Source: Carcharhinus amblyrhynchos (Eukaryota). From it: a stretch of DNA of 64,000 nt. The stretch lies in contig OZ336895.1 in NCBI GenBank assembly GCA_965287045.1, positions 22,754,001 through 22,818,000 on the forward strand, written 5' to 3'. Made by a program: the position numbers and the translations under genes. The stretch's first letter is position 1; each line of letters begins with the position of its first letter. Shown piece after piece: positions 24,641 to 36,762 of this stretch. The notes under the pieces are model-generated. The model made no database searches. It was not told where the DNA came from and saw only the letters and a program-made list of their open reading frames with translations.

Positions 24641-25574
24641 ACATGACACTAAACTGACAGTCTGATTCAAGGAAGTAACAAAAAACAATTGGTGTACAAA
24701 ATGGGAATGTCTGACCACCACAGTAAAAGATCTCCCCAAGGTCTCAATTTCAAACATATTATTGGAGCAGAATAAGGGGAGCCTTCCTCTATGCATTTAT
24801 TTCAAATAACTCAAATTATCAATGAATATTTTTACACAATACTGGGTAATGGAGGTTCTTGATTGATTGCTAAGGTTATTTTCATCACTGAGATTGGTTT
24901 TGCATCATTTTAAATATTAAGCACATCAGGTGGATAGGCCACAGGTTTAAAGCTCTATTGACAGGTTTCTACGGAAAGATGCCCAACCACCGAAGCAGGT
25001 TGAGGATTAAGTATGATTTTACGTCTCTGGATGATGTTTGAATTTACTATCTTATGTTAGAGCTGACTTACAGGATGAAACTGGCTGATCTTTAAAACAG
25101 AAATAATCTACACCAAAAAGAGCAAAGCTCGTCAGAACTAGTTTGTTCTATTGAGATAGACTGTACGTTGCTTTTATATGACAGTTGTATTCATGTCAGA
25201 GTAAGTGAATTTATAGGGAGGTATGGGAATTTCCTCTGCATTCTTGAAAACATGAACTCCTTCCTCATAAATAGGGCTATGGCTTAGTCCATAAAGCACA
25301 CCAAGAATACTTCACTGATGGTTCACTATGTACGGCACAACAATGTGGTCAGTTGAAATTGTAACAAAATATTAAGAACTACAAACCTGGGTATGATCAT
25401 GCCACTTTATGTCCTGTAGCCTGTGAGTGGCAAATGATTAGTGAATTATTTTGAGAATTTCCTTCTGAAACGAACAAGTTTCAGTGCAAGCATGAGCATA
25501 CTTCATCTTGAAGTTTCGGGACAAAATTAAATGTTTTTGTGCTGATAAACATGTCTTCTTTACTCATGGAAAAG

Positions 25575-25980
25575 ATTGATAGAAGGATTCAGGGACATGA
25601 GGAAAATCCTTTTCACCCAGAAAGTGATGGGTGTCTGGCATTCACTGCCTAATTGGTGTTTCAGGCTGAATTATTTAGCATTTAACTGGTACCTGGATCT
25701 GTATTTGAAGTGCTGTAGTCTTCAAGACAACGGACTCGGTGCTGGAAAGCGGGATTAAAATGAGCAGCTAGTTTATTTTTTTCTCTTATCTACAGGAAAT
25801 TACTAGCGGCTGCTAGACTAAAAACAGAAAGTACTGGAAAATCTCAGCAGGTCTGACAGCATCTGTGGGCCGAGACTAGAGCTAACGTTTCGAGTCTGGA
25901 ATGACCCTCCATTAGAAGGGTCTGGTTGGTACAGGCACAATGAGTTGAGTGATCTTTTTCCGCACTAGAACTTTTCTTTG
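25575..25980 (+). mobile_element. CR1 3' fragment with nested insertion
   Basis: atgaggaaaatccttttcacccagaaagtgatgggtgtctggcattcactgcct (MRKILFTQKVMGVWHSLP). Confidence 0.7.
25819..25917 (-). mobile_element. Penelope-like terminal fragment (second family) with decayed hammerhead motif
   Basis: aaaacagaaagtactggaaaatctcagcaggtctgacagcatctgt...gctaacgtttcgagtc. Minus strand reads CTAATGG...GAAACGTTA. Confidence 0.65.
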
Positions 25981-26003
25981 GTACCATGGCTCACTGACAT
26001 GTC

Positions 26004-26130
26004 AGGTGGGTTTTTCCGGCTGTGCTCACCCCAAAACTGGAAAATTCCACCTGAGGTCAAGGACCTTTCCAACGGTCTATCCCTCACCCGCTATGACTCC
26101 TGTGGTGGGCGGAGTGGGAAAATTTGCCCA
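26004..26130. mobile_element. 127-bp MITE with 3-bp TSD
   Basis: Inverted ends, with GTC directly on both sides (26001-26003 and 26131-26133). Confidence 0.8.
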
Positions 26131-27769
26131 GTCATGTCCATCTTTGACAATAAATATAACCAAATATATGTTTGTTAATTCTATTTAATCTTTTTAGTTT
26201 AAATTCTGGACAATAACTTGCACAAGGTTTTCAGAGGAAAGGGGGATTAATAAATGTTCCTTACTTTAGATTGAAATATATGGTCTTAGGATTTCCCAAA
26301 GTGGCTTACGTGTCCCATAATATCAGCCGCCACTTTGAGGTAGTGAACTAGAACCATAAATTCTACAGTACAAGAAGTGGCCTACTGGCTTTGTGAAAGA
26401 TCTATTCAATTGGCATGGAACACAGCATACTGGTTGACCTTTGAAATTGTTCCAAAAATGTGGGTTGACTTATACATCGAGTATAAAATATGAATCACCA
26501 GTGTGGGTGTGGGCGGTTGCCATTTTGAAATGTGAAGACGACGAAACAATACCAGTAATTCATATTAAATTAATGTGGCACAGTTTATTTAATGAGTACA
26601 ACTTGGTTACTGGTTAGCTACTTGGGGCCAGTGAGCTAGATTGTAATCATCCTGTAAATTCCCATGTTCCTAATTTTCATCTGATTGTGCAATGCCTATA
26701 AGCACTGCCTACCTTTGTACATAAGATTAGAATTTCATCAGTGTCTTATTCCACAGCACAATACATCTCACGGACTGTCACTTACACTTATTTGATTCTG
26801 TCTCTTCCCTCAATGCTCTAATCATAATTTTCCACTCCATGTCACCTTGGTTTGGCTGTATCTCCATTGATGAGAATGAACAGAAAGCTGTAAGCCAATG
26901 GCACTAGAGTGGGAAATTTGGATCTCACGTTTTTAACTTTCGGCAAAGGGTCAACATTTGAAGCATTAACTTGGCTGCACCCTCCCTGTAGATTCTGATT
27001 GACCTGTGGCATGTTCCTAAGATTTTCTGTTTTTGGTTCAGTTCTCCAACATGTGCACTTACTCCTTCTAACATTTGATGTTATTTCCAGCAAAGTGTAA
27101 TATCTAAGCAATTTCAACGATAATCACAGAGAAAGTATTCCTTGTTGTGACTGGCAGTCGACTGGTGCTAACTGATAGTCACTGACATTCAATGAAGTGA
27201 TTAGATCGATCTGTTAGTGTTTCAACGCCTCGTCAGTGATTTGACTGTCGAAATGCATGATTGGAAGTGAGTTACATGAAAGCTAGATACTGGAAGAGCT
27301 CAGCTGCTACAAACTAATTTCCATGCATTTTAACAATCAGGTCACAGGGAGTTAAAAACAAAAAAAAAACAGGTTAAATGGTTGAAAGTTACTTTGGGAC
27401 CCAAGCAATATTTGGATAAACAGTAAAACTAAATGCAAATATACAATAGATGGAATATGATTGAATCAAATGCTTCCCTCATTATCTCTTCACATCATTA
27501 ACTTTGCATTTAAAATGTGTAAATTCACACTAAAATTAATTAATTATCAAATGAGTGGAAATATTCTGTACCAACAAGTGAATAATTCAAAACCAAGTGC
27601 ATGAGAGCCAAACTACTACTAAAGTTTCACTACCCACACCAACGCTGCAGTCAACGCAAAGGATCAAGCCTTTAAAAATTCATCCTCAACCTCCACCCTC
27701 GATCCCACAAAGAATTACACAGTCAGGAGGATGTCTCAGAACTTCAGTGCTTTTAGCAGGCTGGAGGCA

Positions 27770-27890
27770 CAATTTCTTCCCACACTCCAAAGATGTGAGG
27801 GTTAGGCTGACTGGTCATGCTAAACTGCCCCATAGCATCAGGGGGACTAGCAGGATAAATATGTGGGGTTAAGGATTTCGGGCCTGAGTG
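27770..27890 (+). mobile_element. HE1 SINE fragment
   Basis: ttcccacactccaaagatgtgagggttaggctgactggtcatgctaaactgcccc. Confidence 0.8.
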
Positions 27891-29940
27891 AGGCAGTGAG
27901 ATAGATGAATGACCAGATCATCTGTTTAAGCAGTGTTGGATGAGATTAATCTGGGCCAGTGCATCGAGGAAATTCCCCATTCCTCACTGAACAATGAGAT
28001 GAGGTAATTTATGCCCACTTGAGAAGGCAGAGACAAAGAAACAATCATTTAGTGGAAAAAATATAAAACATCCTCTTATTTCATTGGCTGGGATTCTCTG
28101 ATCTTGTTTGCCCTACCCCTGCTGCAAGTGTGAATGGAAAATTTGGTGCTCAGCCAAAACTCCACTCACTGCAGCAGAGCCGGAGAATCTCAGCCATGGG
28201 CGATATTGGAGAAGTCTGGTCATTATCTTTCAGCAGATGAAGATTCAGATCCACATCCCCTTTACTCCTCACGTATCCTTTAGTTTGGGTTCTGAGAGAC
28301 TGGCATTCATCAACAGCTCCTAACTTTATGCTACTAAATCCGGCTTTCTTCCCCTGGCAATATAATTGTACATACAGTTTTCTTTTGATCAGCCTACAAT
28401 TCTGTTCCAAGGATAAATGTTGGATTTAGCAGCATTAATGCCATAGATATGCTAATAATTCAGTGCAAACACAATGTCCTGTAAAAGTAGCTGTGGAGTA
28501 TCAGTTTTGAGCCTTTTTAAGTTGAGCTTGAGCAAGAGATTTCCCCAGCACCACTCATCCCGGTTGTGAATGGGTTGACGTACAGCCCATTTAAGGGAAT
28601 ATCTTGCTGGGCTGCAGAGGAAGGTTGTCTAATCAATAAATCTCACTCTAGGCCAGCCAATCTACCATTTTGGTGGAACTGGTAAGTGTAGCATTTTAAA
28701 GATTGCGCAGCATGTAACAAATACTTTTATGCACGTTCGATGGCTGGAAACTAACTTTGGTTTCCTTTCTGCACAGGTGCAACCTAACCTGGTGAATATT
28801 TCCGCCACTTCCTATTTTTATTTCGGATTTCTAGCATCCACAGTATTCTAGTTTTGTACCTGGTGTTCCGAATCCTCACTCTTCTCTAATTTGTTTATCC
28901 TGACACCTTTCTCACCTCCGAACCTATAGGTATAAATTGAACTCCAATGTTGCAGAGCCAGCTGATTAAATGGATGAGATTAGAGGTGATATGTAACACC
29001 AATGATTTTCACAGCAGGCCACTTGTTTCAGGTGTGAAATGCTTGGGTATCAGATAGCTACGTATCAAAGGACAAAAGAGTGTTGTCACCTGATATTTTG
29101 AATCATCACACCAAATATAACTGTAAGCATCCTTAAGGACACCCAATGGGTTTGCATATATGCTCAGCTGAGAAAGAAAAAATAAGAAGGTGGTGGGGAC
29201 AAAATTCCTTGGTGGGCAGGGACAATTTTCACAATTACAGAATGGTAGATCCTTCAGGGTCCCTGACAATGAACTGTGGAATTAAATAGCTCTCCTTACG
29301 GATTTGTGTTAATGCCAGGCTGTCAAAAGGCTTCTACATCTTTTGAAAATTATGGGTTGCAGCAACTTCTTTTGGTTTGGGCCTCAATGACAAAAAGCAA
29401 ATACCCAGAATTTTCTGTTCAATGACTGGCTTTTTATCAGGCAGTTTTGCTGACCTAACCTTCAGATTGTAATGCCTTACTATGAAGGTGCTGCCTAGTC
29501 TGATTTGCTGCAGAAGTTTTAACTGAAGGTGAGCTACCTTCCATTCAATACTGGTGTGAGATCAGCTCCACGAGACTGAAAAATGCTAACATCATTATTT
29601 GTACTGGATGCAGTATAACTGCAATGAGTGAAAAATGAACACTTTTTTAAACTTTAATTTTGAAGTTTACCAAGTTGATTCTGTAATACTGGTGAAGAGC
29701 TAACTGTCCTATCTGCTGTTCCATTACAATGACAATTTATCTAGCATTCAGATGGCAGGCATCAGAACACCATGCAAGAGTTTAAATGCACTCTGGTAAT
29801 GCTGCTTTTCACCTACTTTCTATTGGTCTAATGTAGGTCAATGACGTCTGAAGCTTAAACCAAATGGTACACAGTGACAGAATAACAAACTCAATGAGTT
29901 CAATATAACTGACCGACTGGAGAGATCAAACGCAAACTTA

Positions 29941-30080
29941 ACAGTGACAGCAAGGGAATACCACTGTATATATCAGCAACACTGACAGAAGGATGTTAGT
30001 ACCACCGTATACATCAGTAACACTAAGATGGAGAGAACTAACACTGTATACTTCAGTCACACTGGCAGAGTGAATGCTAC
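29941..30080. repeat. Degenerate minisatellite, unit about 38-41 bp, 3.5 copies
   Basis: Recurrent aca(c/g)tgacag...ccactgtata(t/c)atcag units. Confidence 0.7.
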
Positions 30081-30115
30081 AATCATTCAGATATGTCACA
30101 AAGTTTGATACTCAC

Positions 30116-30187
30116 CAATTGTTCCTGTCTTGCTGTCCTCAGTTTCAGAGCCAATAGCAGGCCTTGGGCTGCCACCCTGCTCTGGTT
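30116..30187 (-). CDS. NFIC: NFIC internal coding exon (equivalent to exon 3), 72 nt
   Basis: ttttctttccttcag|AACCAGAG...ACAATTG|gtgagt. Translates (E)PEQGGSPRPAIGSETEDSKTGTI, similar to recalled NFIC [24 protein letters not shown]. Phase 1-1, joins the 5286-5360 exon in frame. Confidence 0.92.
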
Positions 30188-30449
30188 CTGAAGGAAAGAA
30201 AAGGTTTGGATGAGTGGAAGAACAGTTGAAATAATACATGAAAAAGCTACAAGGGTAATTAGCTTATAAATTTAATTTTGAAGTGATATGAAGTTCATCC
30301 TGTATCACCAGCTAGTCCCTAACCTCCCAGCAAGGTGCTGCGTAGTGGAATATCCCAGGATGGCTGTGCAATGTCTGCATGAATTCATTAGTAGTTTTCA
30401 TTTCAGTATCCATGAGCTACTGAGGAGAAAGTCACTTCCATTATCAATC

Positions 30450-30620
30450 TAATTAGATTGTTGAGAGGCTGTTATCCAGGGACTAGAGAGTCCAGAGCCA
30501 AGGGTCACAATCTCAGAATAAAGGGTCAGGTGTTTAGGATGGGGATGAGGGGAAATTCTTACACTCGGAGGATTGTAGTTCTTTGGAATTCTCTAACCCA
30601 GAGGGTTATGGATGTTTAGT
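30450..30620 (+). mobile_element. CR1 3' fragment
   Basis: gagtccagagccaagggtcacaatctcagaataaagggtcagg...ctttggaattctcta. Confidence 0.75.
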
Positions 30621-30779
30621 CTGTATGACTGGATGAAAACGCACTGCAAATAAAAAATTGTTAGCATCTGTGACCTTTGATTGTGCTGAAGTATGATCTC
30701 AGCAGGACCAATGAGAAAAGTCAACTGAGGCACTTGGCCCAGACTGAGAATCTGAGGAAAGGCTGCTGGTCTATCCCCT

Positions 30780-30912
30780 CTAAAAAGTCTCACAACACCA
30801 GGTTAAAGTCCAACAGGTTTATCTGGTAGCACAAGCCACAAGCTTTCAGAGCGTTGCTCCTTCCTCAGGTGAGTGTTAATTCTGTTCACAAACAGGGCAT
30901 ATAAAGACACAA
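30780..30912 (-). mobile_element. Penelope-like terminal fragment containing a minimal hammerhead core
   Basis: Family sequence flanked by TCTATCCCCT (30770-30779 and 30913-30922). Minus strand reads cac-CTGAGGA-aggagcaacgctct-GAAAGCTT-gtg. Confidence 0.78.
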
Positions 30913-31231
30913 TCTATCCCCTACCAGTGATTGTCAGAATAGAACTAGTTACCGTCAACCTTTCAGAAAGCAAAGTATAAACTACAAAAGGACCTGAAAG
31001 AGGGGAAGATATAAACTTGGAAGAGTAATGTCTGAATGGCTCCAAAGACGAACAGCTAATGGCAGATCTGATAACAAAAACTAAGTGCAGGTGTGCCAGT
31101 CAACAAGTCATCCAATTATGGTCTTGATTAAATTATTTCAATACTATAAAGGCTTGTTTGAATCAAGTAACATCCATACATAATAATTATCTTTGTGCTA
31201 GCCTGTTGTATTATGCAAAATGTGGATAGGG

Positions 31232-31810
31232 TAGAATCACAGAATCCCTACAATGCATAAGGAGGGCATTCAGCCCATCAAACCTGCACCAACAACAATC
31301 CCTTCCAGGTCCTATCCCTGTAACCCCACTTCTAACTCTGCTAGTCCCCCTGACACTAAAGAACAATTTATCATGTTCAATCAACCTAACCTATAGACTG
31401 TGGGAAGAAACTGGAGCACCCAGAGGAAACCCACCTCACAGTGATTAGTTTATAAAATAAATTTTGAAGTGATATAAAGTTCATGCTGTATCACCAGCTG
31501 GTCCCTAACCTCTCAGCAAGATGCAGTGTAGTGGAGTGTCCCATGATGGCTGTGCAATGTCTGCATAAACTCATTGGTAGGTTTCATTTCAGGATCCATG
31601 AGCTACAGGAGTAAAAAGTCACTTCCATTATCAATCTCCCTTGCTGGGAGGTTAGGGATTCGCTAGTGATACAACATGAACTTCATATCATTTCAAAATT
31701 AATTTTATAGGATAATTACTGTGAGGTGGGTTTCCTCTGGGTACTCCGGTTTTCTCCCACAGTCCAAAGATGTGCTTGATGTTAGGTGGATTGGCTATGA
31801 TAAATTGGAC
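31232..31810. repeat. HE1 fragment, duplicated intron segment and inverted copy (fold-back)
   Basis: 31441-31637 duplicates 30255-30450. 31641-31807 is the reverse complement of about 31362-31520. Confidence 0.88.
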
Positions 31811-32461
31811 CTCAATACAGAAGCACTGAAGCAAAACTAGTGTAGTAACATTTGTTAGTAGCTAACTAGTGCTCGTACAGGGCAGCCTGCAACAACAATG
31901 AAACATACTGAGAATGTTGACAGGTGACTAGTTAACACATTATGATAATAATAACAATTTTATGATAGTGCCCATTTAGTCACACACTCAGTTCAGGCTA
32001 TAAGCTGATAGGCCACATAATGGAATCTGAAGGCTTAAATGAAGAAATTTTGGAACTGCGAGCTTTGGGAGTCCAGAGGCCCCATTACTAAGTGAAGGGT
32101 AAGGATTTCAAAAAGATGGAGCAACTTTTGGCTTTTCGCCTTCTCAGAACCTCTTGAACATTTGGTTCTGATTCCTCTCTGAGTCAGAACGTTGTAAACA
32201 ATCTTGTGGAGTGCGTGTCACTGGTTTCTTCCTCACATAACAATACTAAATAAATTCATCAAATATTTTTCTGGAATGTACTATGAGAGAAATCACAAAT
32301 ATATGGCAGCCTGAATGCAAATATTCACATCAGATGCTCAGCCACACAACTATGGTATCATTACACAAAGCGGCCAGAGAAATTCTGTCAGAAAAATGTG
32401 AAATAAACGCAAATAGTGTGGATAGTGAAGAAAAATGAAAATCAACATTCTAAATCAATTA

Positions 32462-32792
32462 AGGGCGGCACAGTGGCACAATGGTTAGCACTACTGCCTC
32501 AATGCGCCAGGGACCCGGGTTTGACTCCCAGCTTCAGTCATCGACCATGCAGAATCTGCATGTTCTCCCTATGTCTGCATGTGTTTCCTTCGGGTGCTCC
32601 GGTTTCCTCCCACAATACAAAGATGTGCAGGTTAGATGGATTAGTCATGCTAAATTGCCCCTTAATATCAGGCGGACTAGGAGGGTAAGTAAGTGGGGTT
32701 AAAGGGCTAGGGCTGGGTGGGATTATGTTCGGTGCAGACTCAGTGGGTCGATCAGCCTCCTTCTGCACTATAGGGATGTTATGAGTCTATGA
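32462..32792 (+). mobile_element. Full-length HE1 SINE
   Basis: agggcggcacagtggcacaatggttagcact head, HE1 core, tail. Confidence 0.92.
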
Positions 32793-32939
32793 ACTCTTTT
32801 TGCACAATGGTTCCGATAATTCTTTCTGACCGAACTGTCATGGTTGCTGAAAGTAACACATCTTATCTGTGGTTAAGTCAGTGTTTATTTAAGTAATTAA
32901 AGTTAGCCTAAAGTGTTTGCATGCAGATTAAACATAATA

Positions 32940-34400
32940 GAGGCTAAATTTGATAGCACCCCGAGACAGGTGCAGTGATCACCATGTGTGAATACCCTGC
33001 ATTTGGTGTTTGCAACACAGGCAAAGTGCCAACTTCATGCTGCCTGCTTGTTCAGTGCTAACTACGCTGTTGACTGCTGGATGCTGGAGTATGGAGCCAA
33101 TATTGTGAGTGGCTGGCACCATTTAAAGCTAACCTGCACATCTTAACAGGAAGGTATGCTGAAGCTGGAACAGGTGCAAGCAGTCATACAGGAAGCAAAT
33201 ATTACCCTTGAGACATGAATAACAGCATAACCTGATGGAGAGCAGGCTCCAAAGTTTTTGGATACTGCACTAAAAGGCCTCCCATTGAGCAGTTGGATAG
33301 GAGGAAAGATGTCTTGAATCGACAGGGTCCAGAAAGCCCTCCAGATACAAACTCAGAAGGCAGTGGGAACAGAAAGCCATGGACACGGACGCTGGGAGTC
33401 AAGGACTTAGATATTGTGCCACATGATGTTCAATGACTTCACCCAAGTGCTCAAATGAATCTTCAAATGCTATATCCTACCAAAATGAACACTGCTCCAT
33501 TCACCATTCCTCCACTGTAATTTTATTAACAATCTCTCATCAAATAGGACTCATACAAGACATTTATATTCCTCACCCAGCACTGTCACATGTCTCGCCC
33601 TCTAACAGCTTATGTACATTGTCAGTAATTCAATAGAGAGCACTACACTCACAAAACATTTTCCCCTCTCTTGCAGGACTACATGGCATACAATCAGAAA
33701 TAATACACCTAAATGGAAGGGTACAGGTACACTTGCCTATCCTGACCTCTCTGGAGGGTACAGTGTTGGCAATTATTTGGTTATTGCCAAGACTTTAGTC
33801 AAGGGTAGGGCTGAATCCAACAAAGGTGACAGTATCCTCAGACCTAATTTTTGTTCTGATGTCCCACACTCCATTCAACCCCAATCGTGTCTGGTTTCCA
33901 AGCTGCAGATGGGGTAAGCATGCACTTCTTACTTTCTCCTTTCCCACACCTCAACCCTCCACCTGTGCCTTTCCCCTTCTAGATATCAAAAATTTGTCAC
34001 CTTGTTTGGCAGTAGAGGAACAGCAACGATGAAGATGCACTGTCACTCGATTTCAACTTGCAGTCACCAACTCAGATATTGACACTATGCATAATTTAGA
34101 GGATAACCTAGTGATGAGATCTGCACGTGATGAGATACTGGACACAAGTAACCTGCAGCCAAGACAGGTGCCATAGCACCAGAGGGAGAAGTCATGGGAG
34201 CCTTGAAGGGCTCCAATGAGCATTCCAGTGAAAAAAGCTGATTTTTAGATGCATTTCTCTATCAGTTCTGGGGTTAAAGCCTTTTCAAGATGGTGAATCT
34301 GCCTTTTCCCCGCCCCCTTCAAATGCTCTTTGCAGGTGAGGCAAGATGGCCACCATTACCATGTGACCTGTACAGCAATGCCAAGTCACTTTCCATCTAA
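32940..34400 (+). mobile_element. Highly decayed DNA transposon remnant (possibly PIF/Harbinger Myb-like gene region)
   Basis: Weak resemblance to recalled Harbinger-type sequence (gagcaggctccaaagttttt...gaggaaagatgtcttg...agaaggcagtggga). No intact ORF. Confidence 0.35.
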
Positions 34401-35759
34401 GGCAAGACAGTTATCCAAGGTCTCAATAACCCTGTAGTGATCAAAATGGTCAAGGCTGTTCACATTTCACAGTGGCTTATCTTTAGTGTCTTTGGATGCA
34501 ATTTTAACCGCCGTTCACATCACGCTACTACTGCAGCAAGGTTGGGGAATTTGGCAGCCAACCAAATCTCCATTCACTGCAGTGGGATGGGAAAATCTCG
34601 TCAGTGTCAACGGTGGTAAGATTCCTGCCTTTGTGTTTGGAGGAAATGCCATCAAGTCAATGAGTTTTGTGTACTATTTTGGAACACTAATTGAACTTTC
34701 TATGTATATGTCTGAGGAATGTCAGGAGATAAAAGAAAGATAACTGAAATCCACATTTCTGTCTTGTAGCCACTTTGAGAAGTCTTTAAACTCAGTCCAA
34801 GATTTTTATTAATGAGACCTTCAAAATGATTTTTAAAAAATTATATCATAACTTCACACCTTAACATACAACGAAAACTATGCAAGTTCTGAGATTTAAT
34901 GCTGGAACCTTTCAATCAATTGAATATGCTCTTCATTGTTCGAGCAAACTATACAAATCATGAATTAGTTGTTCATGAATAAGGCACTCCCTTGTACCTA
35001 ATTGACAAAACACTGTATATGCCCGTTCCTGAATGATATTCAATGTATACAACGTATGTCTTCAAATTTCTTATTAAATAATAGACTAAACTTACCTTTT
35101 AGTATAACCTTGATCTGGCACAGTTGTCTTTGTTCTATTGAACAAGTGGAGTACTACAAGGGAATGTCTCTCCATGGTGACAGGACGGACAGGATGCTCA
35201 CAGAGGTGTTAGCCAGCATGAGAGTTTTGCTTTAATGTTATGTCAGCTGTGCAGTGTCGGCATGCTTTGTTCACGTCTTTGGCGTCATGCAGGGCTCAGT
35301 GGCAGTTATCAGACATTGGTTCCTATGGTTACAGCTGAGCGGTCACTACTGCGTGCAGCTGTTTGAATGTTTTTCAAATGTCAATGGCTTTTACGAATGT
35401 AATTCCACTCAGAATGTTACCTCGTGTCTGGAATAGATTGTTGCATTATTAGCCACGCTGGTTGCACTGGTTTCTGAGGTGTGTTTGAGAGAATTCCCTG
35501 ATTATCAGAGCAGTTATACCACATACTTTGTGTCTATGTGCAGCAGTTTTGACTTTGGATCTGTCAAGATTTGCAAAATATGTAGTGCCATTGATGTATG
35601 AAATCAACCTGATTGCTGCTTAACGGAATGCGTAGTATATAACCCAGCTTCATGTTTGCTGCCACTGCGAAAACTCTGAAGCACATTTTAAAGAATTTTA
35701 AGCATAAACTGTTAAACATTATTAATAAAGCAATGGACAAGGTCATTCTATCTTATGTA

Positions 35760-36110
35760 GGCCACATATTGTTAGCAGTGCTGCCTCACAGTGTCAAGGA
35801 CACAGGTTCGAGTCCACCATAGGTGATTGTCAGTGTGGAGTTCGCACATTTCCCCATGTCTGTGTGGGTTTCCTCCAGGTGTTCTGGTTTCCTCCCACAG
35901 CCCAAAAGTGTGCAAGTTAGATGGATTGGCCATGCTAAGTTGCCCCTTAGTGTCCCAAGATGTGTAGATTAAGTGGATTAGTGGGGTAAATGCGCGGTGT
36001 TACGGGGATAAGGAGGGGGTAGGGCCTAGGTAAGATGCCCTGTTGGAAAGTCAGTGCAGACTTAAGTGGCTGAATGATCTCCTTCTGCACTGCAGGGATG
36101 CTATGATTCT
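35760..36110 (+). mobile_element. HE1 SINE
   Basis: B box ggttcgagtcc, HE1 core, tail ctatgattct. Confidence 0.9.
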
Positions 36111-36762
36111 GTACATAAATTAAAACAAACCTTCATAATTGTATAGCATGATTTCACATCAATGAGGCATCTGAAAGCAGTCACACAATGAATTATTTTT
36201 CAGGTACAATTATTTTAATGTGGGAAAGCACCGTCACACCCATTCCACATCAATAACGTCTCACCAAAACTCATGAACTGAACATTCAGTTAGTCTGCTC
36301 CCCTTTCTCCCTGGAGTGCTGAAGGAGGAATGTTGCTGAGGGATGCATGGACTTTCCTGCTCATTCTGAATAATATTGACATTGGAAACATCTTGGATTG
36401 AATCTTTAATGTGATAAAATACCCTGAAGTGCTTCTTCAGAGCAATAATAACCTGACAAGGGATCAGCGGATTAAACTGACCAAAAGCATGACCAGTAAG
36501 CTGAATCTGAAAAGGTTTGTGAAGAAAAGGGTAAGAGGGAGTGAGGCAGAAGGATTTAAAGAGCATGGGGTCTACATGATTGAGGACTGCACAATCAGGA
36601 AAGGAGAAGCAGTAATTCTTCATTGTGAGTGGATGAAAATTCTGGAACTTCCTGCAGGAATTTCTTCAAAACATAGCATGCACTGATTCAAGAAGGTAGC
36701 TCAGCGTCACTTCATCCAGGGCAACTGATGTGGGTAATAAATAGTTGCTGGGCCTTGCTAGA

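Noticed and set aside
2027-30187. Assignment to NFIA, NFIB or NFIX
   Set aside because: [13 protein letters not shown] and EQ.GSPR...GS..EDSK fit NFIC rather than the paralogues as I recall them.
34551-34565. NFI autoregulatory site TTGGC-N5-ACCAA
   Set aside because: Imperfect palindrome inside a MITE-like repeat, expected by chance.
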